In this document: piece after piece, positions 20,655-30,964 of the stretch
Position numbering within the stretch: position 1 is the stretch's first letter
Layout: each line of letters opens with the position of its first letter
Assembly: GCA_038845975.1 (NCBI GenBank)
Contig: JAWBQF010000010.1
Span: 12,522 to 76,521, forward strand
DNA length: 64,000 bases
DNA from: Candidatus Methanomethylicia archaeon
GTDB taxonomy: Archaea > Thermoproteota > Methanomethylicia > CALHIW01
Direction: 5' to 3'
The notes under the pieces: generated by a model
What the model was told of the DNA's origin: nothing
The model's input: the letters and a program-made list of their open reading frames with translations, nothing else
Databases searched by the model: none
Position numbers and translations under genes: made by a program

Positions 20655-21384
20655 GGCTTTGTTAACTTAAGCATGTTTTATCACCTCTATTTTTGGTATT
20701 ATGTTTTCTATGAATTCTTAGCTTTTATTTCCTATTAATCCATGTTTGTTCAGTATGTATATTATTGATTTTAAGCATTAATGCATGCTTACAATCACAT
20801 CTATCCTTCATGCACGGTATGTAGTTATCGAATAGCTTAGTTCTATCCTATATACTGTATTATTCTCTCCATTAGATTCTTAACCTCTAAACTATACAAT
20901 TCATGTTTTAATTTTAATATTCTACTGCTTTATAATAATGAGCCCCATCACTTAATACAACTATATTAGAACCATAAATAGCTCTAATCTTTTTAAGGAA
21001 TGTTAGAGATGTAAGCATGTTGCAACATCACAAACCCATACATATAGAATCCTTCTTAATAATGGCTCGAATGCAACATAAACAACCTTACTCTTAAAAC
21101 CTACTTATAATAGTATCATCAACCATAACAATTCTAACATCCCTCCTATCAAAATCAATAGAAGATTAAGATAAACCACGATAATATAGATACATAACTC
21201 CTAACAATAATGAAGCTTAGAATATCTGAAGCCATTCTAGAAGAACATGAACGAAAATATATATAAGCACCATAAACAACTAGAATAAATGGAGTTCTCT
21301 CCCTAACAAACTTAACAACTTTAACCATAGATTCACCATAAATAAGGGAGAGAACTCCCAAATAAATCTAAAGTTAACAAAGCC
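20655..21384 (-). mobile_element. IS6-family element (family A), transposase pseudogenised
   Basis: TIRs GGCTTTGTTAACTT/AAGTTAACAAAGCC, perfect 8-bp DR GATAATAA, 730 bp; minus-strand relics FVRERTP..VYGAYIYF, DGAHYY, DRTKLFDNY typical of archaeal IS6 transposases. Confidence 0.88.
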
Positions 21385-21440
21385 GATAATAATATAGTTA
21401 GGTTTAAATACTACATTTTCGATATAAAGCAGGTGATACT

Positions 21441-21590
21441 GTGAAGGGATTACTTGTATGTCCGAATTGTGGTTTTCAATTTGAGATAAGTTATGGAAGA
21501 ACATTTGCATGTGGTGGGTGTAGATATTCAGTAACTGGAAGCTGTAATATGGCTAAGTGTCCTAAATGTGGATATGAGTTTAATATATAG
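21441..21590 (+). CDS. 49-aa Cys-rich zinc-ribbon-like protein (missed by ORF track)
   Basis: AGGTGA RBS, GTG start, MKGLLVCPNCGFQFEISYGRTFACGGCRYSVTGSCNMAKCPKCGYEFNI*. Confidence 0.8.
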   Translation: MKGLLVCPNCGFQFEISYGRTFACGGCRYSVTGSCNMAKCPKCGYEFNI

Positions 21591-21597
21591 TATCATT

Positions 21598-23826
21598 TTA
21601 GGAGATATGTGGTGGTAGTATTTTTGCTTCAGCTGCTGTTCTTGAGTATCTTCTTGCAAACGATTCGTAGAAGGCTACTTCTTGCTGTGATAATGGTCTA
21701 ATTCCCTTAAGAGCTTCTTCAAAATGCTTCATACGTATCTTAAGCTCACTAAGACTATTCTTTAAATCCTTCTGATTACCATACTCTAATAGAAACTCTC
21801 TTATTGCAAGCATAGCAGCATTACTACATACAGAAGCTATATCAGCACCCGTTGCTCCTTTAAGCCTACTTATAAGAGCATCTATACTAACATCTTCAGC
21901 AAGAGGTTTACCCCTTAGATGTATTGAAAGTATTTCCTTAATTGCTTCAGTATCTGGTAGAGGTACATAAATTAGCTTATCGAACCTTCCAGGTCTTAAA
22001 AGTGCTGGATCAATTATATCTGGTCTATTAGTTGCAGCTATTACAACAACATTCCGAAGATCTTCAATACCATCAAGCTCAGTAAGCAACTGACTTACTA
22101 TTCTCTCAGTAACATGAGAATCCCCTAGTCCTGAACCGCGCATTGGAGCTATAGCATCAATCTCATCAATAAATACCACACAAGGAGCTGCCTGTCTAGC
22201 TTTTCTAAATATTTCTCTTACTGCTTTCTCGCTTTCACCAACCCATTTACTAAGTATTTCAGGCCCTTTAATAGATATGAAGTTTGATTCGCTTTCATTA
22301 GCTACTGCTTTAGCTAGTAATGTTTTACCAGTACCCGGAGGACCATAGAGAAGAATACCCTTAGGAGGTTTTGTATTCATATGTTGAAATACTTCAGGAT
22401 ATTTTAGAGGCCACTCAACAGTTTCCCTAAGTATCTGTTTAACATCCTCTAATCCACCTATATCACTCCATTTTACATTTGGAATCTCAACCATTACCTC
22501 ACGTAGTGCTGATGGTTCAACATCCTTTAATGCTTCAAGAAAGTCATTCATTGTAACCTTCATCTGATTAAGAATTTCCGCCGGTATAACTTCTGCTTCA
22601 AGATTTATTTTTGGTAGGAATCTTCTAATAACTCTCATAGCAGCCTCCTTACATAGATGAGCTAAATCCGCTCCAACAAAACCATGAGTTAAATCTGCAA
22701 GTTTCCCAAGATCAACATCGTCTGCTAAAGGCATATTCCTAGTATGTACGTGTAGTATTTCTAATCTAGACTGTCTATCAGGTACTGGAAACTCTATCTC
22801 CCTATCAAATCTTCCAGGTCTACGTAGTGCTGGATCTATAGCGTTAGGTCTATTAGTTGCTCCTATAACGACAACTTTACCACGTGGCTGAAGACCATCC
22901 ATTAATGCAAGAAGCTGAGCAACAACTCTTTTCTCAACTTCACCGGTAACTTCCTCTCTTTTAGGAGCTATAGCATCGATTTCATCAATAAATATTATGC
23001 TTGGAGCTGTTTCCTGAGCCTTCCTAAATATTTCTCTTAATCTCTCCTCACTTTCACCATAGAACTTACTCATAATTTCAGGTCCACTAATACTATAGAA
23101 GTTAGCATTTGTTTCATTAGCTACTGCTTTAGCTAGTAATGTTTTACCAGTACCCGGAGGACCATAGAGAAGAACGCCCTTAGGTGCTTCTACACCAAGT
23201 CTTTCAAACAATTCAGGATGTCTTAGAGGAAGCTCAACCATTTCCCTAATCTTCTGTATTTGCTCTTTTAAGCCTCCAATATCCTCATATGTTATTCTGG
23301 GTAATCCTTCAGGTAAGGCTTTAACAGGCTCCTCACTAATGACTATTTCAGTACTTGAGGTAACAACTACAGCATCCGCGTAGGGTTTAACGTTTACTAC
23401 CATAAGCTCAACCTTCCTACCCATAATCCCTACAGGTATGTAGTCGCCTCGAGTAACAACTCTTCCTTCAAGAAGCTGAGCTAAATACTCCTCACCACCA
23501 ACAATTCTTAAAGGTTCTGTTGGTGCAAGTACTACTCTCTCAGCTTGCTTAGCTACCGCCTTTCTCACAGTAACCTTCTCATCAAGACTCACATTAGCGT
23601 TCCTCCTAGTATAGCCATCAATTCTAATAATTCCCTTACCATAGTCTTCACTGTATCCAGGCCAATTTATTGCAAATGTTCTTCTCTTGCCAATAATTTC
23701 TATGACGTCGCCAGCAGATAGTTTAAGCTCCTCTACAACCATCGGATCTAATCTTGCAATGCCTCTTCCAACATCTCTTGGATGAGCATTCTCCACTCTC
23801 AAAACAACATGCTTCCTCTCACTCAT
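21598..23826 (-). CDS. cdc48: CDC48/VCP-like AAA+ ATPase
   Basis: N-domain plus two AAA modules, each with [20 protein letters not shown]. Confidence 0.97.
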   Translation of the reverse strand: MSERKHVVLRVENAHPRDVGRGIARLDPMVVEELKLSAGDVIEIIGKRRTFAINWPGYSEDYGKGIIRIDGYTRRNANVSLDEKVTVRKAVAKQAERVVLAPTEPLRIVGGEEYLAQLLEGRVVTRGDYIPVGIMGRKVELMVVNVKPYADAVVVTSSTEIVISEEPVKALPEGLPRITYEDIGGLKEQIQKIREMVELPLRHPELFERLGVEAPKGVLLYGPPGTGKTLLAKAVANETNANFYSISGPEIMSKFYGESEERLREIFRKAQETAPSIIFIDEIDAIAPKREEVTGEVEKRVVAQLLALMDGLQPRGKVVVIGATNRPNAIDPALRRPGRFDREIEFPVPDRQSRLEILHVHTRNMPLADDVDLGKLADLTHGFVGADLAHLCKEAAMRVIRRFLPKINLEAEVIPAEILNQMKVTMNDFLEALKDVEPSALREVMVEIPNVKWSDIGGLEDVKQILRETVEWPLKYPEVFQHMNTKPPKGILLYGPPGTGKTLLAKAVANESESNFISIKGPEILSKWVGESEKAVREIFRKARQAAPCVVFIDEIDAIAPMRGSGLGDSHVTERIVSQLLTELDGIEDLRNVVVIAATNRPDIIDPALLRPGRFDKLIYVPLPDTEAIKEILSIHLRGKPLAEDVSIDALISRLKGATGADIASVCSNAAMLAIREFLLEYGNQKDLKNSLSELKIRMKHFEEALKGIRPLSQQEVAFYESFARRYSRTAAEAKILPPHIS

Positions 23827-23834
23827 ATAGACAC

Positions 23835-24341
23835 CTAATCTATTTTTATTTCAAATCCTTTAGGTTTAGGAATACTTTTAAGCTTGAACTTAACTTCAAG
23901 AATACCATTATTATATGAAGCTTTAGCTGTTGATGGATCTATATCATAGGGGAGATCTATATCAATACTATACCTTCTAAGTTTACCGTCAGCACTTATA
24001 GATAGTAGATTCTCTGTAGAGCTTACTTTAATCTCCTCCTTTGAAACACCAGGCATTTCAACTAGAACCGTTAATATGCCTTCCTTTTCATCAATGGCTG
24101 TTTCATAGTACGGTGTTCTAATATTGGATTCTGAAACTGGTAGTTTAACATTACCGAAACGTCTAATAACTGGATATCCTTCAGGAGTGAAGGATATACT
24201 TAAGCCATACATGTATGGCCTTTTAAACGTTGTAAATGCTGCTTTACCTATACGACGTATCCTCCGCTCAATAGCATTCTCAATTTCATCAATCATTCTA
24301 AATATAGAGTTAAAGATCCTTTCAAAATCTTCACTAAACAC
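23835..24341 (-). CDS. hsp20: Small heat-shock protein (Hsp20)
   Basis: EMPGVSKEEI, AKASYNNGILEV alpha-crystallin motifs, C-terminal IKID. Confidence 0.92.
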   Translation of the reverse strand: MFSEDFERIFNSIFRMIDEIENAIERRIRRIGKAAFTTFKRPYMYGLSISFTPEGYPVIRRFGNVKLPVSESNIRTPYYETAIDEKEGILTVLVEMPGVSKEEIKVSSTENLLSISADGKLRRYSIDIDLPYDIDPSTAKASYNNGILEVKFKLKSIPKPKGFEIKID

Positions 24342-24463
24342 TATCTCACCTAACTAGAGATAGAAAAATAGGTATATATAAATTTTTTCCCTTAACAATT
24401 CATGAATGCTATCTCAAAATTTTAGAGTAAGATTTATATATAGCTTTTTATGATAGTACCAAT

Positions 24464-25114
24464 ATGGAGGATATAATATCGATAATTGCGAACCCGGAAA
24501 GAAGAAAAATAATTAGATTACTTACAGAAAAGCCTAGATATTTTCTTGAATTAGCTAGGGAGCTTAAAATTTCGCAGCAATCACTACATATACACTTAAA
24601 TAAACTAGTATCTATAGGTGTAATTAAAAGCTATATTGTTAAAAGCCCTTACGGTCCATATAGAAAATACTATGCTTTAAACAGTGATTTCTGTATTGAA
24701 CTTAATGTTTTAAATGGATTATATCATATTAATATATGGAATCCCATTAAGGAGTTCAATGGTGTTAATGATTTAAAAGATCTTGAACAGCTTATTGATA
24801 ACATAGAGAAGGAAAGCGATCTAATTAAATCATTAAGGTTAACTAATACCGTATTAAGAGAAATAAATAGAAGACTTAATGAATTAAATATGAGGAGACT
24901 TTACTTAATAAATTTAATGGCTAAGGCTAGACGTAAAGCCCTCGAGATAATTGATAAGCTTAACGTTAATTATGTTGAGAGGAAAATTCTAAAAGATACT
25001 TTAGGTTCAGACCCAGAAAAAATTGATGAGTTAATTGATAAAATATTTACTGAGGAAATTGAACTTATAACTAGAGAATTAAAGAGTAAAATTTGTAAAA
25101 TATTTGGCTTATAA
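24464..25114 (+). CDS. ArsR-family regulator, Phr/HSR1-like heat-shock repressor
   Basis: ANPERRKII..PRYFLELARELKISQQ..HL wHTH, GPYRKYY, coiled coil; divergent from hsp20-cdc48. Confidence 0.8.
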   Translation: MEDIISIIANPERRKIIRLLTEKPRYFLELARELKISQQSLHIHLNKLVSIGVIKSYIVKSPYGPYRKYYALNSDFCIELNVLNGLYHINIWNPIKEFNGVNDLKDLEQLIDNIEKESDLIKSLRLTNTVLREINRRLNELNMRRLYLINLMAKARRKALEIIDKLNVNYVERKILKDTLGSDPEKIDELIDKIFTEEIELITRELKSKICKIFGL

Positions 25115-25425
25115 CATTAAATCTAATAATTGTTTACTTCAACTTAGTAGATAATAATTTTGCTATAAAGAAAATTACTACAGAAGATAACGATTTTATT
25201 TCTCTTCTATTGGTTACTGGCCATTTGTTTACATCGATGGTTAAATATTTATTGTAAAGTTAACTAGCTATCCTAATAACACTTTCATATATTGTAGATT
25301 AAGACAGTAAATATTATTCACCAGGATAAATGAGCTGGGATAATAAAAGTTTAATCAGTACCTTAAAAATTAAGTCTTCTTTGCCTTCTTTTAAACGTAT
25401 GGGAACCCATAGAGAGATTAATATG

Positions 25426-25686
25426 CTAAGTAGATTGCTTACTCCATATAACTTCACCAGAAATTTTAGCTATTCTCACTATTCTATGATGGGGTATATA
25501 TTTCTCCTCATGATTTTTCCTTATTATAATGCTTCCTGGTCTTAGCTCTGAAATATCTGTAAAAAGTACTTTCTCAACATTGTTTCTATGATCTCTACTT
25601 ATAAAGTAGATTTCGATATCGCTAATTCTATATTTCCCTGACCATTTAATCTCATTAAGTATGTCTCTTATTCTTAGCCTCCCCAT
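25426..25686 (-). CDS. DUF504 / MJ1316-like RNA-end recognition protein
   Basis: IRDILNEIKW and IPHHRIVRI motifs. Confidence 0.8.
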   Translation of the reverse strand: MGRLRIRDILNEIKWSGKYRISDIEIYFISRDHRNNVEKVLFTDISELRPGSIIIRKNHEEKYIPHHRIVRIAKISGEVIWSKQST

Positions 25687-26453
25687 TATAACACCGAGAA
25701 AATAAATAGAACTAATGATAGCAAGAATAGAAGTAGCCAGATCCTTAAATTCGATTGGAACAATTTCCCACCATCAAACATCGGTAGTGGAAGTAAATTA
25801 AATAGTGCAAGAAACGAATTTATTGTGAGAATATAGAATCCATATACACTTAATGCTTTAATAAAATTCATTATGATTAAACCTATAAATGCAATAACTA
25901 TGTTTGTTAATGGACCTGCTGAAGATATTTTAGCTTCAATTCTCCTCGTAATATATGGACCCCAAATCACTACAGCTCCGGGAGCTACAAATCTAATAGG
26001 TAAAGCTACTGATAATAAAGATATTAAAGCCAACATAGGATTAATACGGAATTCAGCTTGTAAGCCGTGCTTCTGAGCAGCTAGCTTATGAGCTACTTCA
26101 TGAACTATAAATCCTAAAAGTACAGCTACAACTATGGGTGGAACTACAGTTAAATTTTTACCCCATGAAAAAATCAAGCTGACTATAAGCATAGCAACTC
26201 CTAAATGTTTAAGCTCTGTCTTTGAGAAATGGAAAGTTATTAGTTGCCTAATAATTGATGGCCTCTCATAAATTAATGGTTTAAACTCAACCCTAAACTC
26301 AGGTACTCCTCTTCTCAACCCAGGACATTGATGATTCTCCGGTAAACGATGAGTAGAACAGAAAACTCCACCACAATACGAACATGTGAAAGGAAAAGAT
26401 TCAATAGCCCCACATACTTGACACTCCCTACGTTTCTCCACACTAAACACCAA
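25686..26453 (-). CDS. AN1-type zinc finger fused to site-2 (M50) intramembrane protease
   Basis: [28 protein letters not shown]; [21 protein letters not shown]. Confidence 0.88.
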   Translation of the reverse strand: MVFSVEKRRECQVCGAIESFPFTCSYCGGVFCSTHRLPENHQCPGLRRGVPEFRVEFKPLIYERPSIIRQLITFHFSKTELKHLGVAMLIVSLIFSWGKNLTVVPPIVVAVLLGFIVHEVAHKLAAQKHGLQAEFRINPMLALISLLSVALPIRFVAPGAVVIWGPYITRRIEAKISSAGPLTNIVIAFIGLIIMNFIKALSVYGFYILTINSFLALFNLLPLPMFDGGKLFQSNLRIWLLLFLLSLVLFIFSVL

Positions 26454-26506
26454 TTAAACAGTAAGATATTCAATAGTAAACATATATATACTTTACTTAA
26501 TAACTA

Positions 26507-26563
26507 TGCTTTGTGAACTTTAGATGTGAAAGCTATGTAATTGATGTCTTAAGTTAACAAACA
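26507..26563. mobile_element. ~57-bp miniature element of IS6 TIR family A
   Basis: GCTTTGTGAACTTTAG...CTTAAGTTAACAAA: both family-A ends joined by ~25 bp. Confidence 0.6.
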
Positions 26564-27070
26564 CAACTACCAAATCAATCAACTCAGCATGAACGCTACC
26601 TTACTTCCTACAGCATTAGCTAGTGACCGCTAAGCCACGCTATTTCACAACATACTGTAGTATCCTTAACTTTTAATGTTAAAAGTAAGAACTTATCTGA
26701 GAGAAATTAGTATAAAATCCTAAACATAACCAATATAGAGCCTTGTAGATTCCATTTCTACAATAGAGATTCGTTGAAACCTTTTTACCAACATTCATAA
26801 ATATCGAGTACATCTACATAACCTTAACAACATAATCCTAATAGTGAAGCCCAGGTTTCTAGATATAATGTAATACTTATGAAACTATGTTCGGAATATA
26901 TAGCTTTACTAATAGATTTAGGTTGTTGAAACTCTATGAGAGATAAAAGATAGCAGGTCATAGAATTGCAAGGAACACGAACAGTATTAATTTCAGATTA
27001 TTAATACCGGATAGTAATACACTACAGGAAAAAGGTAACTTATTTATATTCTATAGGATAAATCTTAAGG

Positions 27071-27589
27071 GTGAATATGGTTACACTTCATGAGGTAATT
27101 AGGGAAGCCATATTGTCTTTTGGCGGTGTAGCATCCTCTAACGAAATAGCTAAATACATTAATGAGAAGTATCCTAATACTTGGAAGAGGAATTCAATAA
27201 AGACATGTTTATATTCATGTAGTGTAAATAATCCTTCAGCATATGCTCACCATGCTTCAACACCTAAATTCCTATTTAATCATGGCCAGGGAGTTTATGA
27301 AATCTATGATCCTAAAAAACATGGAGTATGGAGTAATGGAGTAAAGATTGATGAAACACAGCCTATTCAAGTAAGAGAAGTATTAGACGCATCTCCTAAA
27401 GAAGAAGCTATTGAAACAGAATTAAGTCAAAGTCATGCTGCAAATGAAGTTAGAATTAACCCTGCCGAAACATTAAAACCTACAAGAAACGAAGTAGAAA
27501 ATACAAGTAATAAATTTAGCTTCTTCGATGCTATTAAATCACTTATTGCAAAAATAAAGCTTATAATATTTCTAATATTTAGAATATAA
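27071..27589 (+). CDS. Hypothetical protein with N-terminal winged-helix-like domain and low-complexity linker
   Basis: 172-aa ORF; helical N-terminus, SVNNPS..H, FLF..GQGVYEIYDPKKHG. Confidence 0.65.
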   Translation: MNMVTLHEVIREAILSFGGVASSNEIAKYINEKYPNTWKRNSIKTCLYSCSVNNPSAYAHHASTPKFLFNHGQGVYEIYDPKKHGVWSNGVKIDETQPIQVREVLDASPKEEAIETELSQSHAANEVRINPAETLKPTRNEVENTSNKFSFFDAIKSLIAKIKLIIFLIFRI

Positions 27590-27591
27590 CA

Positions 27592-29541
27592 TTAGGAATA
27601 ATTGTAAACTAATAGAGAAATATTAATAATAAGAGAGACTGTAATTGCAAGTATTATATTTGCAGCTGTAATTACTAATGTTTTTTTAACTCCATATTCT
27701 TTTACTAGTGCAGCTAAGGTTGCTATGCATGGAATATAAAGCATTGTGAATATAGTGAAGACAATCATTTGTCTTGGTGTAAGAACAAGTGAGAAATTCA
27801 TAGTTCCTGAAGCTTCAGCAAGCATAGCTATTACTAGTTCTTTTCTAAGTATTCCTAGAATTAGTGGTACAACAGTTACAGTAGGTAAACCCAGTAAACT
27901 ACTAACTATTGGTTCAAATTCTTTCTCAATAACATTTAGTAATCCCGTTTCCTCCAAATAGTTTACAAAACCGCTTCCAATGATAAGAAGTGGAAATGCA
28001 ATATATAGAAATTCCTTAATTCTAATGTAGGTTTTTAATAAGATAATCTTAATACTTGGAATTCTAAACGGAGGCATCTCCATAATTAAACCTATAGCTT
28101 CACCAGTAAGCCATAGATTAGCAAGCTTTCCAATAGCGAATACTAAAGCTAGATTCATAATGTATAGGATTAGAGCTACATGTACTCCAATATAGTTACC
28201 AACCAAATTTAGGATGATAATTGTTCTTGCTGCACATGGTACAATCGTTATCAGGAAACCTAATATAAGCTTCTCCCTCCATGACTCCATAATTCTACAT
28301 CCTATACATGCAGGTACATTACATCCATAACCAAGCAGTAATGGTATGAGTGCCTTACCATGCAGTCCAATTTTATGCATTAATCCATCCACTAGGAATG
28401 CAGCTCTAGGAAGATAGCCGCTATCCTCCATTATGTATAGTAGTATGTAAAACGGAACAACGTAAGGTATTACGAGAACCAGACCAGCTACAAACCCATC
28501 TATAAATCCACGTATAACCCTAAACCTCAATGCAGGCAATTCATTAATTAGTACATATAGAAGTTCTTCAAGTAGCCCACTTAGATAGCCACCAATGAAA
28601 AATATTAGTGAAAACATAGAGGTTAAAACTAATATTAGAATCAAGTAGCCCCAAATCTTATGTGTTGTAATAAGGGATAGATTTTCAATTAGTGAGGAGG
28701 TTGGTGGAGTCTTAACTTTTAAAACTTCATTTGCAATTTTACTTGCTAAGGCGTATCTCTCCGCAGCTATAATGATGTGTGACGGTTCACCGTGAACTTC
28801 TTCAAGCCTGCAAGCTAGAGACTCAGCTAATAGTAATATCTCTCTACCTTCACTAATAGAGTTAAACTTACTAATAACTTCATTATCTCTTTCTAATAGT
28901 TTGACTGCAAGCCATCTTGGAGGATAAGTTCTACATAGGAAGGATGCTTTCTCAGTAATTATATGTCTTAGCTTTTCAATAGAATCCTCAACTTCTTTAC
29001 CATACCTAATTTTTAATGGGTTTAATTTAATTTCTCCTAAAGCCGCTTTAACAGCTATAGATAATGCCTCATCAACACCTTGCCCGCTTATAGCAATCAT
29101 CGGTATTACTGGAACACCTAAAATTTCAGAAAGTCTATTAATAGCTATATTTAATCCTCTTTTAGTAGCAATATCTATTAGGTTTAAGGCTACGACTACT
29201 GGAGCTTCAAGCTCCAAGATCTGAATTGTTAGGTAGAGATTTCTTTCAAGTGATGAGGCATCAATAACATTAAGTATAATATCCGGTTTTTCAGTAGCAA
29301 TATATTCTCTAGCAATAACCTCTTCTTCACTATATGCTGAGAGTGAATATGTTCCAGGAAGATCAAGAACTTCAACTATATATGAACCGTATTTAACAAT
29401 ACCTTCAGCTTTCTCAACAGTTTTACCTGGCCAGTTACCGACATGTTGGGCTAAGCCCGTTATTTGGTTAAATATTGTTGATTTACCAACGTTAGCATTA
29501 CCTGCAAGAGCAATTTTAATAGTTCTACTTCGATTAGTCAT
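27592..29541 (-). CDS. feoB: Ferrous iron transporter FeoB
   Basis: GNANVGKS, VGNWPGKTVE, DLPGTYSL, GYGCNVPA, LYIPCIAT. Confidence 0.96.
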   Translation of the reverse strand: MTNRSRTIKIALAGNANVGKSTIFNQITGLAQHVGNWPGKTVEKAEGIVKYGSYIVEVLDLPGTYSLSAYSEEEVIAREYIATEKPDIILNVIDASSLERNLYLTIQILELEAPVVVALNLIDIATKRGLNIAINRLSEILGVPVIPMIAISGQGVDEALSIAVKAALGEIKLNPLKIRYGKEVEDSIEKLRHIITEKASFLCRTYPPRWLAVKLLERDNEVISKFNSISEGREILLLAESLACRLEEVHGEPSHIIIAAERYALASKIANEVLKVKTPPTSSLIENLSLITTHKIWGYLILILVLTSMFSLIFFIGGYLSGLLEELLYVLINELPALRFRVIRGFIDGFVAGLVLVIPYVVPFYILLYIMEDSGYLPRAAFLVDGLMHKIGLHGKALIPLLLGYGCNVPACIGCRIMESWREKLILGFLITIVPCAARTIIILNLVGNYIGVHVALILYIMNLALVFAIGKLANLWLTGEAIGLIMEMPPFRIPSIKIILLKTYIRIKEFLYIAFPLLIIGSGFVNYLEETGLLNVIEKEFEPIVSSLLGLPTVTVVPLILGILRKELVIAMLAEASGTMNFSLVLTPRQMIVFTIFTMLYIPCIATLAALVKEYGVKKTLVITAANIILAITVSLIINISLLVYNYS

Positions 29542-29545
29542 GGGG

Positions 29546-30157
29546 TTAAACCCTTCTTACAAATACTCTTTTAGCAACACCATAACCAAGTGCAAGACTA
29601 GTACCTCTAACAAGTATTTCAATTGGCCCCCTCATAGGTCCCTTCCTAATAATTCTTACTTCAACATTTGGGGTTAAACCCATCTCAGCAAGTCTTAATG
29701 TTAATCCTCTACCACCTAGAATATAGGCTACTAAAGCTCTATCACCCTCCCTTAAATCTACTAGTGGTACTGTATCCTCAATTCTCCAAGGCATTTGTTG
29801 AAGATCTCTAGTTAAGTCCCTAACAGAATCTTTATCTAGGCCATGAGATCTAGATATATGAGAGTACCAATTATGAACTTTACCTTCAAACCTTCTCCTT
29901 AATAAGTCTAAAATAGAGAGTTTATGAATTGAATTGTGTAAATGATTACCTCTATGGTTTAAAACAGCTTTCTCACCTTTATCTGTAAGCAGATAGCCGT
30001 AGGAGTTCTTAACTATATAGCCGTTATTTAACGCATTGCCTAACACTTCACTAATTGCTTGTTCAGATTGATTAAGTCTACGTGAGGCATCACTAATACT
30101 GAACTTATATTTAAGCTCCTTAATCAGTTCAAGAACTTCAATAAGTAGATCCTTCAT
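29546..30157 (-). CDS. wHTH plus His-rich linker plus FeoA domain protein
   Basis: N-terminal wHTH (YLLTDKGE), His-rich centre, C-terminal FeoA (RLAEMGLTPNVEV..GPIEI..LALG). Confidence 0.78.
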   Translation of the reverse strand: MKDLLIEVLELIKELKYKFSISDASRRLNQSEQAISEVLGNALNNGYIVKNSYGYLLTDKGEKAVLNHRGNHLHNSIHKLSILDLLRRRFEGKVHNWYSHISRSHGLDKDSVRDLTRDLQQMPWRIEDTVPLVDLREGDRALVAYILGGRGLTLRLAEMGLTPNVEVRIIRKGPMRGPIEILVRGTSLALGYGVAKRVFVRRV

Positions 30158-30816
30158 GTAATCATCTTCCTAACATTTATAGATGAAGTAATAGTAGGGC
30201 CTAGAGTTCTTGTAATTCCATTAATATCTATGATTAATAGGTTATCAAACGGTATCTTATCTATAACTTTAAGAATACTACCTGGAGTAAGCCCTATATC
30301 TTTAGCATATTTAAGTATATTAAAGCTTTCATCTGTAATATTTACAATAACACCAGTATCACCTAAACTTAGATTTGAAAGCTGTATACATGGGATTTCA
30401 TCAAGCTCACCATTAGGTTTAGGAATAGGATTACCATGAGGGCATGTATTAGGGTTTTTTAAAGCTTTTTCAATTAAATCTGTAACATATTTTGAAAGAC
30501 CATGCTCAAGCCTACAGGCTTCATCATGGGCTTTACACCAATCAACTTGAAGAAGATCTGTAAGAAGTCTTTCTGAAAGTCTATGTCTTCTCACAACATC
30601 AATAGCTACCTCCACTCCTTTACTAGTTAGCTTAACACCCTTATGATATTCATGAATTATAAATTTCTTTTTCTCAAGTATTTTAACCATTTTAGAAACA
30701 GTACCTAAAGTAACATTTAGCATCTTAGCTAAATCAGTAGTCTTAGCTAAACCATACTTCCTCTCAAGCTTCCATATGGATTCAAGATATTCCTCTTCAA
30801 CAATAGATATATGCAT
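30154..30816 (-). CDS. DtxR/MntR-family metal-dependent regulator with FeoA domain
   Basis: EEYLESI, RRHRLSE, EACRLEH, CPHGNPIP. Confidence 0.93.
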   Translation of the reverse strand: MHISIVEEEYLESIWKLERKYGLAKTTDLAKMLNVTLGTVSKMVKILEKKKFIIHEYHKGVKLTSKGVEVAIDVVRRHRLSERLLTDLLQVDWCKAHDEACRLEHGLSKYVTDLIEKALKNPNTCPHGNPIPKPNGELDEIPCIQLSNLSLGDTGVIVNITDESFNILKYAKDIGLTPGSILKVIDKIPFDNLLIIDINGITRTLGPTITSSINVRKMIT

Positions 30817-30964
30817 AATATTAACTACGAATAATACAATATATATTTTTCTATAATCTAATTTTTAATTAAGAAATTTCTTATTCACATTGAATATATT
30901 ACATAAAATTTATATTCAAATTTTGAATAGACTGTTAGCAATAGCTATATATAAAGGTGATTTA

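Noticed and set aside
21155-21510. ORFs 21155-21361 and 21280-21510 as independent genes
   Set aside because: The first is a transposase fragment of the IS6 relic; the second crosses the IS end and is antisense to the Cys-rich gene
24342-24463. HSR1/Phr operator between hsp20 and the regulator
   Set aside because: Only imperfect matches (CTAAC-N4-GATAG, ATTCATGAAT); spacing does not fit the known motif
25330-25545. 71-aa plus-strand ORF
   Set aside because: Overlaps the DUF504 gene antisense; no motif
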